From contig CAZKQW010000001.1 of NCBI GenBank assembly GCA_964555055.1, forward strand, positions 329,196 to 393,195: a DNA stretch of 64,000 bases. Reading direction: 5' to 3'. The notes below the pieces were generated by a model that worked only from the letters and a program-made list of their open reading frames with translations, was not told the origin of the DNA and ran no database searches. Positions 21,077 to 31,671 of this stretch are shown one piece after another. Numbering within the stretch: position 1 is the stretch's first letter; every line of letters starts with the position of its first letter. The DNA comes from an uncultured Pseudomonadota bacterium. Lineage in GTDB: Bacteria; UBA10199; JACPAL01; GCA-016699445. The translations under genes and the position numbers were made by a program.

Positions 21077-23045
21077 CCAGCGTCCCCCATTCGCTCTCGG
21101 TCATTATCTTCACTTTTCCGCCTTTGGATTGGATCTTTTTCGCTTTTTCCAACTTACTTCCAGCCCCTCCACCATCGCCGATCACGAGATAGTCCGTGTC
21201 CTGGGTCACGCTATCCTGAGACTCACCGCCCTGAGCTTCGACAAGCTTCTGGGCTTTGGCGCGCTCCATCGAAACGAGCGTCCCGGTGAAGACGAACTTT
21301 TTTCCTTGGAGGGGCCCCGCGGATTCTCTTTCCGCACCGGAAGTGACCGGAGCCGCTTCGACGGCCACCTGTTTCAATAACTTCTCGATAAGACCCGACT
21401 TCTTTCGCAACCCCTCCACCACTTCCCGAGCGATCACGGGACCCACGGTATGGATTGCGGAGAGGGCCTCCTCGGAGACGGAACGGACCTTCTCCAAGGT
21501 GCCGAAGTTTTGGGCGAGAATCTTCGCCGTATGCTTGGCCAATTCCCGGATCCCTAAGGATCTCAGGAAAAGGTCGAGAGGGAGTTTGCGCTTGGCTTGG
21601 ATGTTCCCGATCAGTTTGGTCGCAAGCACGTCTCCCATCCTCTCGAGCTCCAGGAGGTTGTCCTTGGTGAGCGTGTAGAATTCGGCGGGATCGAGGACGA
21701 AGCCGTTGTCGTAGAGCTTCTCGATCAGTTTCTCCCCAAAACCGTCGCATTCGATCACTTTCATGAAATGCTCGAGCTCTTGGATCTTGGCGTGCCGACA
21801 GCCGGATTTATTCGTGCAGTAGAGGAAATCGTCCCTGACCTCCGTGGGTTCTCCGCAGGAAGGGCAATGGGAAGGGGGCGCAAAGGGCCGTCCCTTCCCG
21901 GCTTCCGCCACCGATTCGAGGTTCGGGATGACGCCCCCGCGGCGCATCATCACGACCTTCGAGCCGTGGCGAAGTCCCAGTTTTTGCATTAAGCCTAAAT
22001 TATGGAGAGAAACGCGTGAGACCATCGCTCCCGAGAGCTCGACGGGCTCCACGAGGCCTACGGGCGTGATCACACTGGTGCGGGAGACGTTCCACTCGAC
22101 GTCATCCAGCGTTGTGACGCCCGAATCCCCCTGGAATTTATAAGCGATCGCGTAGCGCGGGTGGTGGGCGGTCACGCCCAGGCGTTTTTGCTCGGAGACT
22201 AAGTTCGCGCGGTAAACGACGCCGTCGGTCTCGAAATCCTCCTCCGCCCTCTTTTTCAGGAAATAATCGTAGGGTTGGGAAAGACGGTCGCGATCGACCT
22301 TGAGGCTTTCGACCACGGGAAATCGGTTCTTACGGAGGAAATCCCTCTTTTGCTCTTCCGTCTCGAAATCCCTCCCCAGGACGTCGTATCCGAAAAAAGA
22401 AAGCCGGTATTCCCGGGCCTTGTGCGCTTCCTTTTGCTTCACGGCGCCGGCGGCTAAATTGCGCGGATTGGCGAATTGTTCTTTATAGGTACGGAACACG
22501 GAAAGCCGCATATAGACTTCGCCGCGCACTTCGATCCCCTCTTTTGCTTCCCAAGACGCGTTTTTGGGATTCTCAGTCTCGGGGAGAGCGATGCGTGCCG
22601 GGATGTCGTCGATCATCCGGACGTTTTCCGTGATATCTTCTCCCTCCAAACCATCTCCGCGAGTCGCAGCCAAGGTTAGGAACCCTCGGGCATCATAACG
22701 GATCTCGACGGCCAATCCGTCGATCTTAGGGGAGGCGACGAAATCCCCGGAAATCTTCTCGGCCCAACTCGCGAGATCCTCGTCATGATAGCATTTGTCG
22801 AGGGAGAGCATTTCGGAGCGGTGCCGGACTTTCTTGCCGGAACGGCGGACATCCGAGCCCAGTTCCAAAAGAGCTTCCGAATCGGGCGCGAGCGTCTTAA
22901 GGCGTTCAACTAGACGGTCGAATTCGTAATCGGAGATCTCGGGACGGTTGAATTCGAAGTAGAGCTGATTGTGCCGTCGTACGGCCTCTTCGAGCTCCGG
23001 AACCGATAAGCTTTCCAGAGACGAAGTAGCGCTCTTTTTTTTCAT
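21060..23045 (-). CDS. ligA: NAD-dependent DNA ligase
   Basis: 'MLSLDK' adenylation Lys motif, Zn-finger '[20 protein letters not shown]', and a C-terminal BRCT region ('KKFVFTGTL'). Confidence 0.95.
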   Translation of the reverse strand: MKKKSATSSLESLSVPELEEAVRRHNQLYFEFNRPEISDYEFDRLVERLKTLAPDSEALLELGSDVRRSGKKVRHRSEMLSLDKCYHDEDLASWAEKISGDFVASPKIDGLAVEIRYDARGFLTLAATRGDGLEGEDITENVRMIDDIPARIALPETENPKNASWEAKEGIEVRGEVYMRLSVFRTYKEQFANPRNLAAGAVKQKEAHKAREYRLSFFGYDVLGRDFETEEQKRDFLRKNRFPVVESLKVDRDRLSQPYDYFLKKRAEEDFETDGVVYRANLVSEQKRLGVTAHHPRYAIAYKFQGDSGVTTLDDVEWNVSRTSVITPVGLVEPVELSGAMVSRVSLHNLGLMQKLGLRHGSKVVMMRRGGVIPNLESVAEAGKGRPFAPPSHCPSCGEPTEVRDDFLYCTNKSGCRHAKIQELEHFMKVIECDGFGEKLIEKLYDNGFVLDPAEFYTLTKDNLLELERMGDVLATKLIGNIQAKRKLPLDLFLRSLGIRELAKHTAKILAQNFGTLEKVRSVSEEALSAIHTVGPVIAREVVEGLRKKSGLIEKLLKQVAVEAAPVTSGAERESAGPLQGKKFVFTGTLVSMERAKAQKLVEAQGGESQDSVTQDTDYLVIGDGGGAGSKLEKAKKIQSKGGKVKIMTESEWGTLVKRPS

Positions 23046-23072
23046 GGGAACCTAGACGGAAATGGAACTCCG

Positions 23073-23726
23073 CTATTTCTTCTTGGATTTCAGGAATTTA
23101 TTGTTCTCGTCGGTGATTTCAAACACACGGCCCACGGTGACGGCGCAATTGATGGACAAGACACGGGCTCGTTCCGCCTCGAACTGCAATAAAGATACAG
23201 CTCCGTTATCGACGCGGAATTTATGGAGATCGTTCAGATCCAACTCCATGTAGTGGATCAAAATCGACTTGATCACGTCCGCATGGCTTACGACGACCAA
23301 CCGGCCTTCCTTATGCTTTTTCCGGAGGGATTCGATGAAAGAGGCCCCGCGCTTGATGACCTCCGTCATTTTTTCACCGCCGGGCGCCTGGGCGTCCTTC
23401 GGATTGGCGTAATACGTCTTGAACATCTTCTCCCGGCTGATGTCCTCGAATGTCCTTCCCACCCATTCTCCGTAGTCGATCTCCTGGATTTCCGTCACCT
23501 TCTCCACTTTGACACTGCGTCCCCTCGAGAGAATACGCGAGGTCTGAAAAGCCCGCATCAACGGGCTCGTATAAATGATGTCGAACTCCACATCCGATAA
23601 CAGCTGGGCGAGCTGGGTAATTTCTCTTTTCCCTTGAGTATTCAAAGGGATAGGGCGAGCCCCCATCACGCGACGGTCTCGATTCCAATCGGTCTGGCCA
23701 TGGCGGACAAGGATGATTTCTAGCAT
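23073..23726 (-). CDS. histidine phosphatase family protein (phosphoglycerate mutase-like)
   Basis: 'ILVRHGQTDWN' RHG motif and 'VVSHADVIK'. ATG at 23726 is preferred over TTG at 23765. Confidence 0.75.
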   Translation of the reverse strand: MLEIILVRHGQTDWNRDRRVMGARPIPLNTQGKREITQLAQLLSDVEFDIIYTSPLMRAFQTSRILSRGRSVKVEKVTEIQEIDYGEWVGRTFEDISREKMFKTYYANPKDAQAPGGEKMTEVIKRGASFIESLRKKHKEGRLVVVSHADVIKSILIHYMELDLNDLHKFRVDNGAVSLLQFEAERARVLSINCAVTVGRVFEITDENNKFLKSKKK

Positions 23727-23931
23727 AGGGGGGCCCACAATGACGGGATTTTGAAATGAAATCAATTTGTTTTTGGCTTTTTTCCTCTTAACTGCTTGTC
23801 ACCCTTATAAAAAACGCTATACTCGTCTCTGCTTTTCGCACTTTTGAGAGTTTTTAGTTTCTTTGCTTTTAGCGTCAAATAAAGCCGTACATAAAGAATC
23901 ACCACCAGATCGTACAAACAAAGGATACTCT

Positions 23932-26472
23932 ATGCAGAAGCCCTTGGTGGCCACTTTGTCTAACGGGTTGCGCGTCATCTTGATGGAAAAACACGATGCC
24001 CCCGTGGTTTCCTGGAATCTTTGGGCGAACGTCGGCAGCGCCAACGAAACGGACCAAGAAGCCGGACTCTGCCATTTAATCGAACACATGCTCTTCAAAG
24101 GAACATCGCGTCGTGCCGTCGGCCAGATTGCAGGAGAGGTCGAAGCGGCCGGGGGCGATATGAACGCCTATACGAGCTTCGACGAGACGGTTTTCTACAT
24201 CAACATGTCGGCCAAGAACCAGGACGTCGGCCTGGACATCCTTTCGGATGCCGCCATCGACCCGACTTTTGATCCAGATGAGCTCGCGAAAGAGAAGGAA
24301 GTCGTCGTCGAAGAGATTTCTCGTTCAGAAGATAATCCCTCTCAAATGGTCGGCCAGGATCTCTTTGGGAAGGCTTTTGAAGTCCACCCGTACGGACGTC
24401 CTATTGCCGGTGATCGGAATACCGTACGCGGAGTCTCGCGTGAATATCTCATGGCTTTTTACCGCAAATGGTACGTGGGCTCCAACCTCCTCTTCATCGG
24501 TGTCGGCGATTTCGACGCTCAAGAGACCTTGAAGAAGGTGGACGCTCTCTTCTCGAAAATCCCGGCTGGTAAAGCCCCACTTCAGGAGATTCCCGTCGAA
24601 CCGGAGCAAACTTCCCCTCGTTGCGTCACACGCGCCATGGAGGTGGAAGGACGTTATATGGATTTCGCCTTCCCGATTCCGGCCATGGATCATCCGGACG
24701 TTCCAGCTCTGGATGTCTTAGGTCATATCCTAGGTGGAGGGGACAATAGCCGCTTGGAGATGGCGGTGAAGGAAAAGGCGGGACTCGTCACGTCCATCGG
24801 AGCCTATGCCTACACACCGAAAAGCCCATGCCTCTTCATCGTCGGGGCTGTACTTAAGGAAAAAAAATTAAAGGAAACTTCCTTGGCTATTTGGCAAGAG
24901 ATCCGAAAAATATCCGAAGAGCTCCCCTCGAGCTTCGAAGTTTCACGTGCGAAGGACAGCATCCGCAGTTCGCGTATTTATGAAAAACAAACTGTCGAGG
25001 CTTTAGCGCGCAAACTGGGTTATTACGCCGGAGTGGCTAACGACTTGGATTTCGAAGAACGTTATTATTTGGCGATCGATCGCGTCACGCCTGAGGATAT
25101 CGTTCGAGTCGCGAAGGCTTACTTAAAGCCCCAACGCATCACCATGGCTCTTTGCCACCCGAAAAAGGAAACCCATACGGACGCGCAACTCCAAGCCTTG
25201 TTAAAGGGTTTGGAGGCCTCTTCCGCTCCACAGCGGGTGAAAAAACCTGATATTCATTATTTTAAACTCTCCAACGGCGTCCGCGTCGTCGTTAAGGAAA
25301 ATCGAAACCTCCCTCTCGTGGCCCTCCGGAGCGCGTCCTTAGGCGGAATCCGGCATGAGAATCCGAAAATCAACGGCATCACTCACTTGATCTCGATGAT
25401 GCTGACTAAAGGAACGAAACACCGCACGGCACGCGAAATCGCCGAAGCCAGTGAAAATCTGCTTGGTCATGTCGATGCTTACATGGGCCGTAACATCCTA
25501 GGCGTCCAATCCACCTTCCTTTCCGAAAAACTCTCCGAGGGCGTCGAGCTCTTTTTCGACATCCTCTTGAATCCGAGCTTCGACGAGGAAGAGATCAAAA
25601 AAGAGAAGAGCATCACCCTAGCCGCCATCAAGAACGAGGAAGATTCCCTCGGCCATTTAGCGATGAAGAAGTTCTTACAAGGGCTTTACGGCCACCATCC
25701 TTATGGATTGTCTATCCTGGGGCCCGCCAAAAACGTGAAGGCTTTTAAGAGAAACGACCTCTTCAAGTTTTACGAGAAAATCGTCCAACCTGCGAACCTA
25801 GTACTCTCGGTGGTGGGTGACGTGAACGCCGAAGAAATTCGGGAACGCTTCGAAGAAAAAATGAAGCACTGGAAAGCGAAGAAAAGCTCCCTACCCAAGC
25901 CTCCGGCCATCAAAAAAGTGGCTAAGCCAATCGAAATCGTCACCCATAAGAATAAGATCCAATCCCACATCGTTTACGGTTTTTTGGGGACCACCGTCCA
26001 AAGCGTCGATCGCTTTCCGCTTGAGGTCCTAAACTTCGTCCTCTCCGGCCAGGGAGGACGGCTCTTTCTCGAGCTTCGGGATAAGCAGGCGTTGGCTTAT
26101 ACGGTTTCGGCAAGTTCTCAAGAGGGTGTCGAGGAAGGTTATTTTTCGGTCTATATGGGGACCGATGCCTCTAAGTTGGATACGGCTCTCGCGGGCATCA
26201 AAGCGGAACTCCGTAAAGTCTGCGAAGAACCCATACCGGAAGCGGAAATCGAGCGATCAAAGCGATTCATCATCGGAAACTACATCCTCGATTTACAACG
26301 AAACGCCTCGGTAGCTTCCCTTTTAGCCATGCAGGAGATCTACCATATGCCTAAGGGCGAATTGCACCGTTTCATCGATCAAATCGAGAAAGTGACGCAG
26401 CAAGACATACTTCGGGTCGCCAAAAAATACCTGCGCCCCGCGCACTCCGTCTTGAGTGTCATACGACCTTAA
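23932..26472 (+). CDS. M16-family (pitrilysin/insulinase-like) zinc peptidase, duplicated two-module form
   Basis: 'GLCHLIEHMLFKGT' HxxEH zinc motif in module 1. A second inactive-type M16 module begins after about residue 430. Confidence 0.85.
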   Translation: MQKPLVATLSNGLRVILMEKHDAPVVSWNLWANVGSANETDQEAGLCHLIEHMLFKGTSRRAVGQIAGEVEAAGGDMNAYTSFDETVFYINMSAKNQDVGLDILSDAAIDPTFDPDELAKEKEVVVEEISRSEDNPSQMVGQDLFGKAFEVHPYGRPIAGDRNTVRGVSREYLMAFYRKWYVGSNLLFIGVGDFDAQETLKKVDALFSKIPAGKAPLQEIPVEPEQTSPRCVTRAMEVEGRYMDFAFPIPAMDHPDVPALDVLGHILGGGDNSRLEMAVKEKAGLVTSIGAYAYTPKSPCLFIVGAVLKEKKLKETSLAIWQEIRKISEELPSSFEVSRAKDSIRSSRIYEKQTVEALARKLGYYAGVANDLDFEERYYLAIDRVTPEDIVRVAKAYLKPQRITMALCHPKKETHTDAQLQALLKGLEASSAPQRVKKPDIHYFKLSNGVRVVVKENRNLPLVALRSASLGGIRHENPKINGITHLISMMLTKGTKHRTAREIAEASENLLGHVDAYMGRNILGVQSTFLSEKLSEGVELFFDILLNPSFDEEEIKKEKSITLAAIKNEEDSLGHLAMKKFLQGLYGHHPYGLSILGPAKNVKAFKRNDLFKFYEKIVQPANLVLSVVGDVNAEEIRERFEEKMKHWKAKKSSLPKPPAIKKVAKPIEIVTHKNKIQSHIVYGFLGTTVQSVDRFPLEVLNFVLSGQGGRLFLELRDKQALAYTVSASSQEGVEEGYFSVYMGTDASKLDTALAGIKAELRKVCEEPIPEAEIERSKRFIIGNYILDLQRNASVASLLAMQEIYHMPKGELHRFIDQIEKVTQQDILRVAKKYLRPAHSVLSVIRP

Positions 26473-26489
26473 GGTTATACTGATACCTC

Positions 26490-26687
26490 ATGAACTGGAA
26501 GACACATATCATCTCGTTCCTGATCTTCGCCATTTCGTTCGGAACTTTAAAACTGGTGTGGGACAACCCGAAAATCATTCTCTACATTATTTTAGCGGTC
26601 ATTGGAGTCATCGCGTATGGAGCGATTTATTTAGTCGTCAAAGCGAAAATGGATAACCGACGTCATCTTACGGAGAATCCCCGCTAA
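26490..26687 (+). CDS. small 2-TM membrane protein (hypothetical)
   Basis: 65-aa ORF with two hydrophobic helices. No homology recognised. Confidence 0.3.
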   Translation: MNWKTHIISFLIFAISFGTLKLVWDNPKIILYIILAVIGVIAYGAIYLVVKAKMDNRRHLTENPR

Positions 26688-26950
26688 TCGTTTTCCGTCA
26701 TCCTTTTCTTATAAAAGCCACGTAGGACATCGACTTCCCATCGGCCATCGAGACAATCGACATCGACGATTCCACGCCACCGAGACTCCATCCGAGCCCG
26801 ACAATCTTTCGCCTCGGGCACTTTCTCCTGAATGACGGAAAGGCCTTTCCGCAAGTCGCCTTCGTCGAATTTTTCTTGAAGGAAACTTAAAGCCGTCAAT
26901 CCCGCCACGAAAACCAAGGCGGCGGCCGCATATCTCAAAAAACCGTTCAT
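26684..26950 (-). CDS. hypothetical small membrane-anchored protein
   Basis: 88 aa with an N-terminal hydrophobic helix. ATGA overlap with the upstream ORF suggests an operon. Confidence 0.4.
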   Translation of the reverse strand: MNGFLRYAAAALVFVAGLTALSFLQEKFDEGDLRKGLSVIQEKVPEAKDCRARMESRWRGIVDVDCLDGRWEVDVLRGFYKKRMTEND

Positions 26951-27288
26951 TTTTCGTTCTGTTTCCTCAGCACCTTTTCCAACTCCCGGACTTCGTCCTC
27001 TTTCAGGTTCTCCAACGGCTTACGGTCGGAAGGCGTTCCCGTTTCCCTCTCGGCTTCGGTCCGCTGGGCCTCTCTCGATGGATTCGTCGCTCTCTTCCTT
27101 TCAAGGTCGTCGACGAAGCCTAAAAGGGTATTCTTCGCGGCATCGACGACGCTTTGGACGACCGGCGTTTCATAGAGAGCGACGACGTAATCCTTCAGCG
27201 GATGTCCTTTTACTTCGACCTGCATGAGAACAAACACGAGAGCGGCCAGCACCGCCAACGAAAAAATCTTACGGATCAACCAAAACAT
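26947..27288 (-). CDS. hypothetical small membrane-anchored protein
   Basis: 113 aa with an N-terminal TM helix and a charged C-terminus. Coupled to the downstream ORF. Confidence 0.4.
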   Translation of the reverse strand: MFWLIRKIFSLAVLAALVFVLMQVEVKGHPLKDYVVALYETPVVQSVVDAAKNTLLGFVDDLERKRATNPSREAQRTEAERETGTPSDRKPLENLKEDEVRELEKVLRKQNEK

Positions 27289-27386
27289 ACGACAACCTCC
27301 GGACCGCGTTTTGAACCTGCCTGGGCCGTGAATTCAAGGAGTTTTCTTTGGACAGGCTCCTTTTCTGCCTATACGATACGCTCCTT

Positions 27387-28364
27387 ATGCACTCAGTCAG
27401 CCATCTTTTTAACCATAAACCCCGCATCCTCATCGTCGATGACATTCCCACGAATATCGACCTCATCCGCATGCAATTGCACCAAACGGACTATCTTTTC
27501 GAATCCGCGAACAATGGATTGGACGCCCTGGAAAAAGTCCGTACATGGAAACCCGATCTCGTTCTCCTCGACCTAATGATGCCGGGGATCTCAGGCTACG
27601 AAGTTTGCAAGACGATCAAGAATGACAAGGATATGCGTTTCATTCCGGTCATCGTCATCACGGCTCTCCAAGAAATCGACGATAAACTAAAGGCCATCGA
27701 CATGGGTGCCGATGATTTTCTGATCAAACCCTTCAATAAAGTCGAACTCGCCACACGTATCCGCTCCCTTCTTCGCCTCAAAGCGCTTTACGACGATCTG
27801 GATACGAGTGAGAATATCCTTTTTTCCCTTGCTAAGGCCATCGAAGCCAAAGATCCGTATACGCGAGGCCACTCGGAACGCGTCGCCCGTTACTCTCGCA
27901 TAATGGCCAAGGGACTTTCTCTATCGGAGCTTGAACAAGAACACATCTGGCGAGGAGCTCTCTTACATGACATCGGGAAAATCGGCATCGTCGAGACGAT
28001 CCTCCATAAGCCGGGACCGCTCAACGAAGAGGAAATCGAGCATGTGCGTCAACACCCGCTTAAAGGCTATGAAATTTGCAGTCCGTTGAAATCGCTCGCT
28101 CCTTGCCTGTGTGTGATCAAAAACCACCATGAACGCTTCGACGGATGTGGTCATCCCGACAAGCTTGAATGCGAGCATATTCCGCTCATGGCACGTATCG
28201 CGTCCATTTCCGACGCGTTCGACGCCATGACGACCAACCGTCCTTACCGCCAAGGGATGCCGTTCGATCAGGCGCTCCAGATCCTGGATGGAGAAAAAGA
28301 TTCCGGACAATGGGACCCTAGACTTGTGGCGGAGTTTGTGAAAATCATGAGGGATGCCGTCTAA
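27387..28364 (+). CDS. response regulator with HD-GYP-type phosphodiesterase domain (RpfG-like)
   Basis: REC domain ('ILIVDD', 'DLVLLDLMMPG', 'KP') followed by 'GALLHDIGKIGI' and 'HHERFDGCGHPD'. Confidence 0.85.
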   Translation: MHSVSHLFNHKPRILIVDDIPTNIDLIRMQLHQTDYLFESANNGLDALEKVRTWKPDLVLLDLMMPGISGYEVCKTIKNDKDMRFIPVIVITALQEIDDKLKAIDMGADDFLIKPFNKVELATRIRSLLRLKALYDDLDTSENILFSLAKAIEAKDPYTRGHSERVARYSRIMAKGLSLSELEQEHIWRGALLHDIGKIGIVETILHKPGPLNEEEIEHVRQHPLKGYEICSPLKSLAPCLCVIKNHHERFDGCGHPDKLECEHIPLMARIASISDAFDAMTTNRPYRQGMPFDQALQILDGEKDSGQWDPRLVAEFVKIMRDAV

Positions 28365-29085
28365 GGAAACCCTCCTCACCACCCTTCTCAACCGACCTTA
28401 CGTCTTCGCCTTTCTCATCGCATTCTTGATCATCGGGTACCTCAATAGAGGCGTCTTGCGTACATTTCTCTTCTTGGCTTTGGGCACGTCCATCGCCTAC
28501 CTGTCGGAATACGCCTCCATCCGCGTCGGGTTTCCTTATGGGATGTACCATTATATCCCGGAAGCAATGAAAGGGGAATGGATCGTGGGGGGCGTGCCCG
28601 TTTGGGATTCCCTCTCCTATTCGTTTCTAGCTTACGCGGCCTACGAGACGGCCTCCTACTTCTTGCCGGCCGATGCCCAGAGCTCATGGCATCTCCCCTT
28701 ACTCTCGTCCCTTCTCATGGTCATGATCGATATCGTGGTGGATCCGCTCGCCGTGCGCGGCGACCGATGGTTTTTGGGTGAGATCTTCTATTACCCGAAC
28801 GGTGGGTCTTATTTCGGAGTCCCGTTGACGAACTTCGCCGGTTGGCTCTTGGTCGCTTTGGCCATCTTCTTTTCCTACCACGTTACCGAGCGGAAACTCT
28901 TTTCGTCCCCACCACCGCGACGGCGTCCTGACTTAGGCGTCCAATTCTATTGGGGCATCTTAATATTTAACTTCGCGATCACATTCTGGATCCGGGAATG
29001 GGTCTTGGGATTGGTGGGATTGGGGATGCAGCTCTGTGGCCTCGGCGTTTTGAAGCTTTTCTCTAGGAAACCGCCTGGTTCTTAA
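28354..29085 (+). CDS. polytopic membrane protein, carotenoid-biosynthesis-protein (DUF422)-like
   Basis: About 7 TM helices. 'VGFPYGMYHY' and 'VPVWDSLSYSFLAY' recall the DUF422 family. Overlaps the response-regulator stop by 11 nt. Confidence 0.45.
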   Translation: MPSKETLLTTLLNRPYVFAFLIAFLIIGYLNRGVLRTFLFLALGTSIAYLSEYASIRVGFPYGMYHYIPEAMKGEWIVGGVPVWDSLSYSFLAYAAYETASYFLPADAQSSWHLPLLSSLLMVMIDIVVDPLAVRGDRWFLGEIFYYPNGGSYFGVPLTNFAGWLLVALAIFFSYHVTERKLFSSPPPRRRPDLGVQFYWGILIFNFAITFWIREWVLGLVGLGMQLCGLGVLKLFSRKPPGS

Positions 29086-30556
29086 ATTCCTTACCGTCGT
29101 AGGAAAACAATCGTTTACCCTCATCCATGATAGTTTCCAAGTGAACGGGGCGCTTCCAGATCCTTTGGAGGTTCTTTAATGTCTCTTCGGCCCAATCGAT
29201 TTTGAGATCCACGCCGTCGTGTCGGTGCGTTAACGTCAACTCGCCACGGTTGGAGGTATTGCCATCGACCACTTCGATGATGGCCTGGCCCTGGTTCGTC
29301 ATGCGGGCGAGTAAGGCCGCCTTGACCTTGCGGAAATCGCGGTCGACGATCTCGTATTGGCGGGTCATCGTGTTGTAACCGTACATGAACATCTTCTGGT
29401 CGTGGCAGAACTCCTCGGTCAGAAAGGCGTCCAGAAAGGTCACATCGTTGTAGATCTTTCGGACTTCGAAGATCTTCTGGCGGCCGAGGCCGAGCTTCCT
29501 ATCCCAGCTCTTCTTCTCCCTTAAATCGTCGCAGGCTTCGTAGTCCGCCCCAAACTTTCCCTTGTTCCATCGGTCTTCGATGTCGCGGAAGAGTTCGATG
29601 CCGAGCTTGTAGGGATTCAAGCGCCCCGGGTGCGGCGCCACGGTGCCCGCATGGTGGTCGGCGTAGTCGATGATCTCGGAGTCCTTCAGCACCTTCGTCG
29701 TCATGATCTGGGAATGATGGTAGGCGGCCCAGCCCTCGTTCATGATCTTGGTTTGGGCTTGCGGCGCGAAATAATAGGCTTCGTCGCGGATAATCGACAG
29801 GACGTCGTGCTCCCACTTTTCCAACGGCGCGTGTTCGAGAAGGAATAGGAGGATGTCGCGCTCCGGGTGCTCGGGAAAGTTGCGGTGGCGCTTCTCCTCG
29901 TCGTCGATCTTCTTCTGCTGCTGGTCGAGGAAGGATTTCGGGTTCACGAACTTGTCCATGTAATCCTTGCTCTTGAGCTTCTTCACCAGCTTCTCGTCCT
30001 CGTGATTCTCCTCCAGGTCCTCGCGGGCGCTCGGCGGCTTAGGGGCGAACCCGACCTTACGGCTGTCGATGAGATTCTCCAACGAGAGACAGTTATCGAT
30101 GAAGGTCTCCACGGTCTCCAGGCCGAGCTTATTGATCAACCGCACCACGCGCGTACGGTGGTTGCCCATCTGGTCGATCATCTTGCGGTTGGTGCCGGCG
30201 AAGTAGACGTTGTTCTTGAAGAAGTCGGAATGGCCGTAGACGTGGGCCATGACAAGCTTTTGATCCACTTCCATATTGGAATGCAGGAGGTAGGCGTAGG
30301 AGGGGTCGTTATTGATGACCATCTCGTAGATCTTCGAGAGCCCGTAGGCGTAGCTCTTGCTGATCTCCTGATACTCCATCCCGAAGCGCCAGTGGGGGTA
30401 ACGGTTGGGGAAGCCGCCGTACGCGGCCACGGCGTTGATCTGGTTCCAATCCAGGACTTCGAAGATGACCTCGAAAAAGTCGAGCCCGGCGTTCACCGCG
30501 TGTTGTCGGATCAAGTCTCTCCAGCGTGCCAGCTCAGGCGAAAGCTCTGTCCCCAT
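29063..30556 (-). CDS. SpoVR-family protein
   Basis: 'AAYGGFPNRYPHWRFGMEY' and 'MNEGWAAYHHS' are SpoVR hallmarks. Third gene of the prkA operon. Confidence 0.9.
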   Translation of the reverse strand: MGTELSPELARWRDLIRQHAVNAGLDFFEVIFEVLDWNQINAVAAYGGFPNRYPHWRFGMEYQEISKSYAYGLSKIYEMVINNDPSYAYLLHSNMEVDQKLVMAHVYGHSDFFKNNVYFAGTNRKMIDQMGNHRTRVVRLINKLGLETVETFIDNCLSLENLIDSRKVGFAPKPPSAREDLEENHEDEKLVKKLKSKDYMDKFVNPKSFLDQQQKKIDDEEKRHRNFPEHPERDILLFLLEHAPLEKWEHDVLSIIRDEAYYFAPQAQTKIMNEGWAAYHHSQIMTTKVLKDSEIIDYADHHAGTVAPHPGRLNPYKLGIELFRDIEDRWNKGKFGADYEACDDLREKKSWDRKLGLGRQKIFEVRKIYNDVTFLDAFLTEEFCHDQKMFMYGYNTMTRQYEIVDRDFRKVKAALLARMTNQGQAIIEVVDGNTSNRGELTLTHRHDGVDLKIDWAEETLKNLQRIWKRPVHLETIMDEGKRLFSYDGKEFKNQAVS

Positions 30557-30558
30557 TC

Positions 30559-31671
30559 TTATTTTCCTTTGCCTAAAAATTCCTTGATCGACTTGTAAAT
30601 ATCGTCCCTGGACGCGATCTTAGAAGTCACGACGCGGTTGTCCTGGCCGAATTTTTCGGTCAAGTCCCGCAGGAACTGGCCGCTGCCGTATTCGCTCTCC
30701 ACTTGTCCGTAGAAGAAGGCGTTGCACTGGGGCAACAACTGCTCATGGATCAGCTTGAGGCATTCCTGCGTGTCGCTTCCCGACCAGTTGTCGCCGTCGG
30801 AGAAGTGGAAGGGGTAGATGTTCCAGGAGGCGGGATCGTACTTCTCCTCGATCATTTGAAGGCAGAGCTTATAGGCGGATGAAATGATCGTCCCTCCCGA
30901 CTCGCGGATGCGGTAGAAGGTCTCCCGGTCCACCTCGCGCGCCACGGCGTCGTGCACGATGAAACGCGTCTCCACGCCCTTATACTGGGCCCGCAACCAT
31001 GTATCGATCCAAAAGGATTCGCGTCGGACGATTTCCTTTTGCTCCGCCCCCATCGATCCAGACACGTCCATCATGTAGATGATGACGGCGCGGGTCTGGG
31101 GTTGGATGACGGGATGGCTGACGCGGTAACGCTTGTCCTCGCGGATGGGGACGATGATCGGCTTTTCGAAATCGTACGTGCCCGAGGAGATCTGACGTTT
31201 CAACGCTTGGCGGTACGTGCGTTTGAAGTGGCGCAGGGATTCCGGCCCCGCGGTGTTGACGCCGGTATAGCGCGGTTTGGAGTTCTCGAGATTGGATTGT
31301 CCCTTGGGTTGTATCTTCGGAAGCTCGAGCTCTTCGGCCATGATCTCCGCAAGCTCTTCGTAATTCATCTCGACGTCGAGGTAATGCTCCCCGGGATCGG
31401 AACCTGCCTTCCCCTGCCCCGAACCGTCTTGGTCGCCGTCCTTGCCCAGCGGCGTGCCGACGTCCCCCTCGCCTTGACCGACGCCTTGCCCCTTCCTAGG
31501 ATCGCGGACGAAATGCGGGATGTCGATCTGGGGCAATGGGATGCTGACGAGGTCCTTGCCCTGGCGGCCGATGAGCTCGCCTTGGCTCATGAACTTCTTG
31601 AGCTCCTTGCGGATCTTACCGCGCACGATCTGCTTGAAGCGGGACTCGTCTTGATCGATCTTGACGAACAT
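30559..31671 (-). CDS. YeaH/YhbH-family (DUF444) protein
   Basis: 370 aa with a vWA-like '[10 protein letters not shown]' motif. Sits between prkA and spoVR as in the conserved operon. Confidence 0.85.
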   Translation of the reverse strand: MFVKIDQDESRFKQIVRGKIRKELKKFMSQGELIGRQGKDLVSIPLPQIDIPHFVRDPRKGQGVGQGEGDVGTPLGKDGDQDGSGQGKAGSDPGEHYLDVEMNYEELAEIMAEELELPKIQPKGQSNLENSKPRYTGVNTAGPESLRHFKRTYRQALKRQISSGTYDFEKPIIVPIREDKRYRVSHPVIQPQTRAVIIYMMDVSGSMGAEQKEIVRRESFWIDTWLRAQYKGVETRFIVHDAVAREVDRETFYRIRESGGTIISSAYKLCLQMIEEKYDPASWNIYPFHFSDGDNWSGSDTQECLKLIHEQLLPQCNAFFYGQVESEYGSGQFLRDLTEKFGQDNRVVTSKIASRDDIYKSIKEFLGKGK

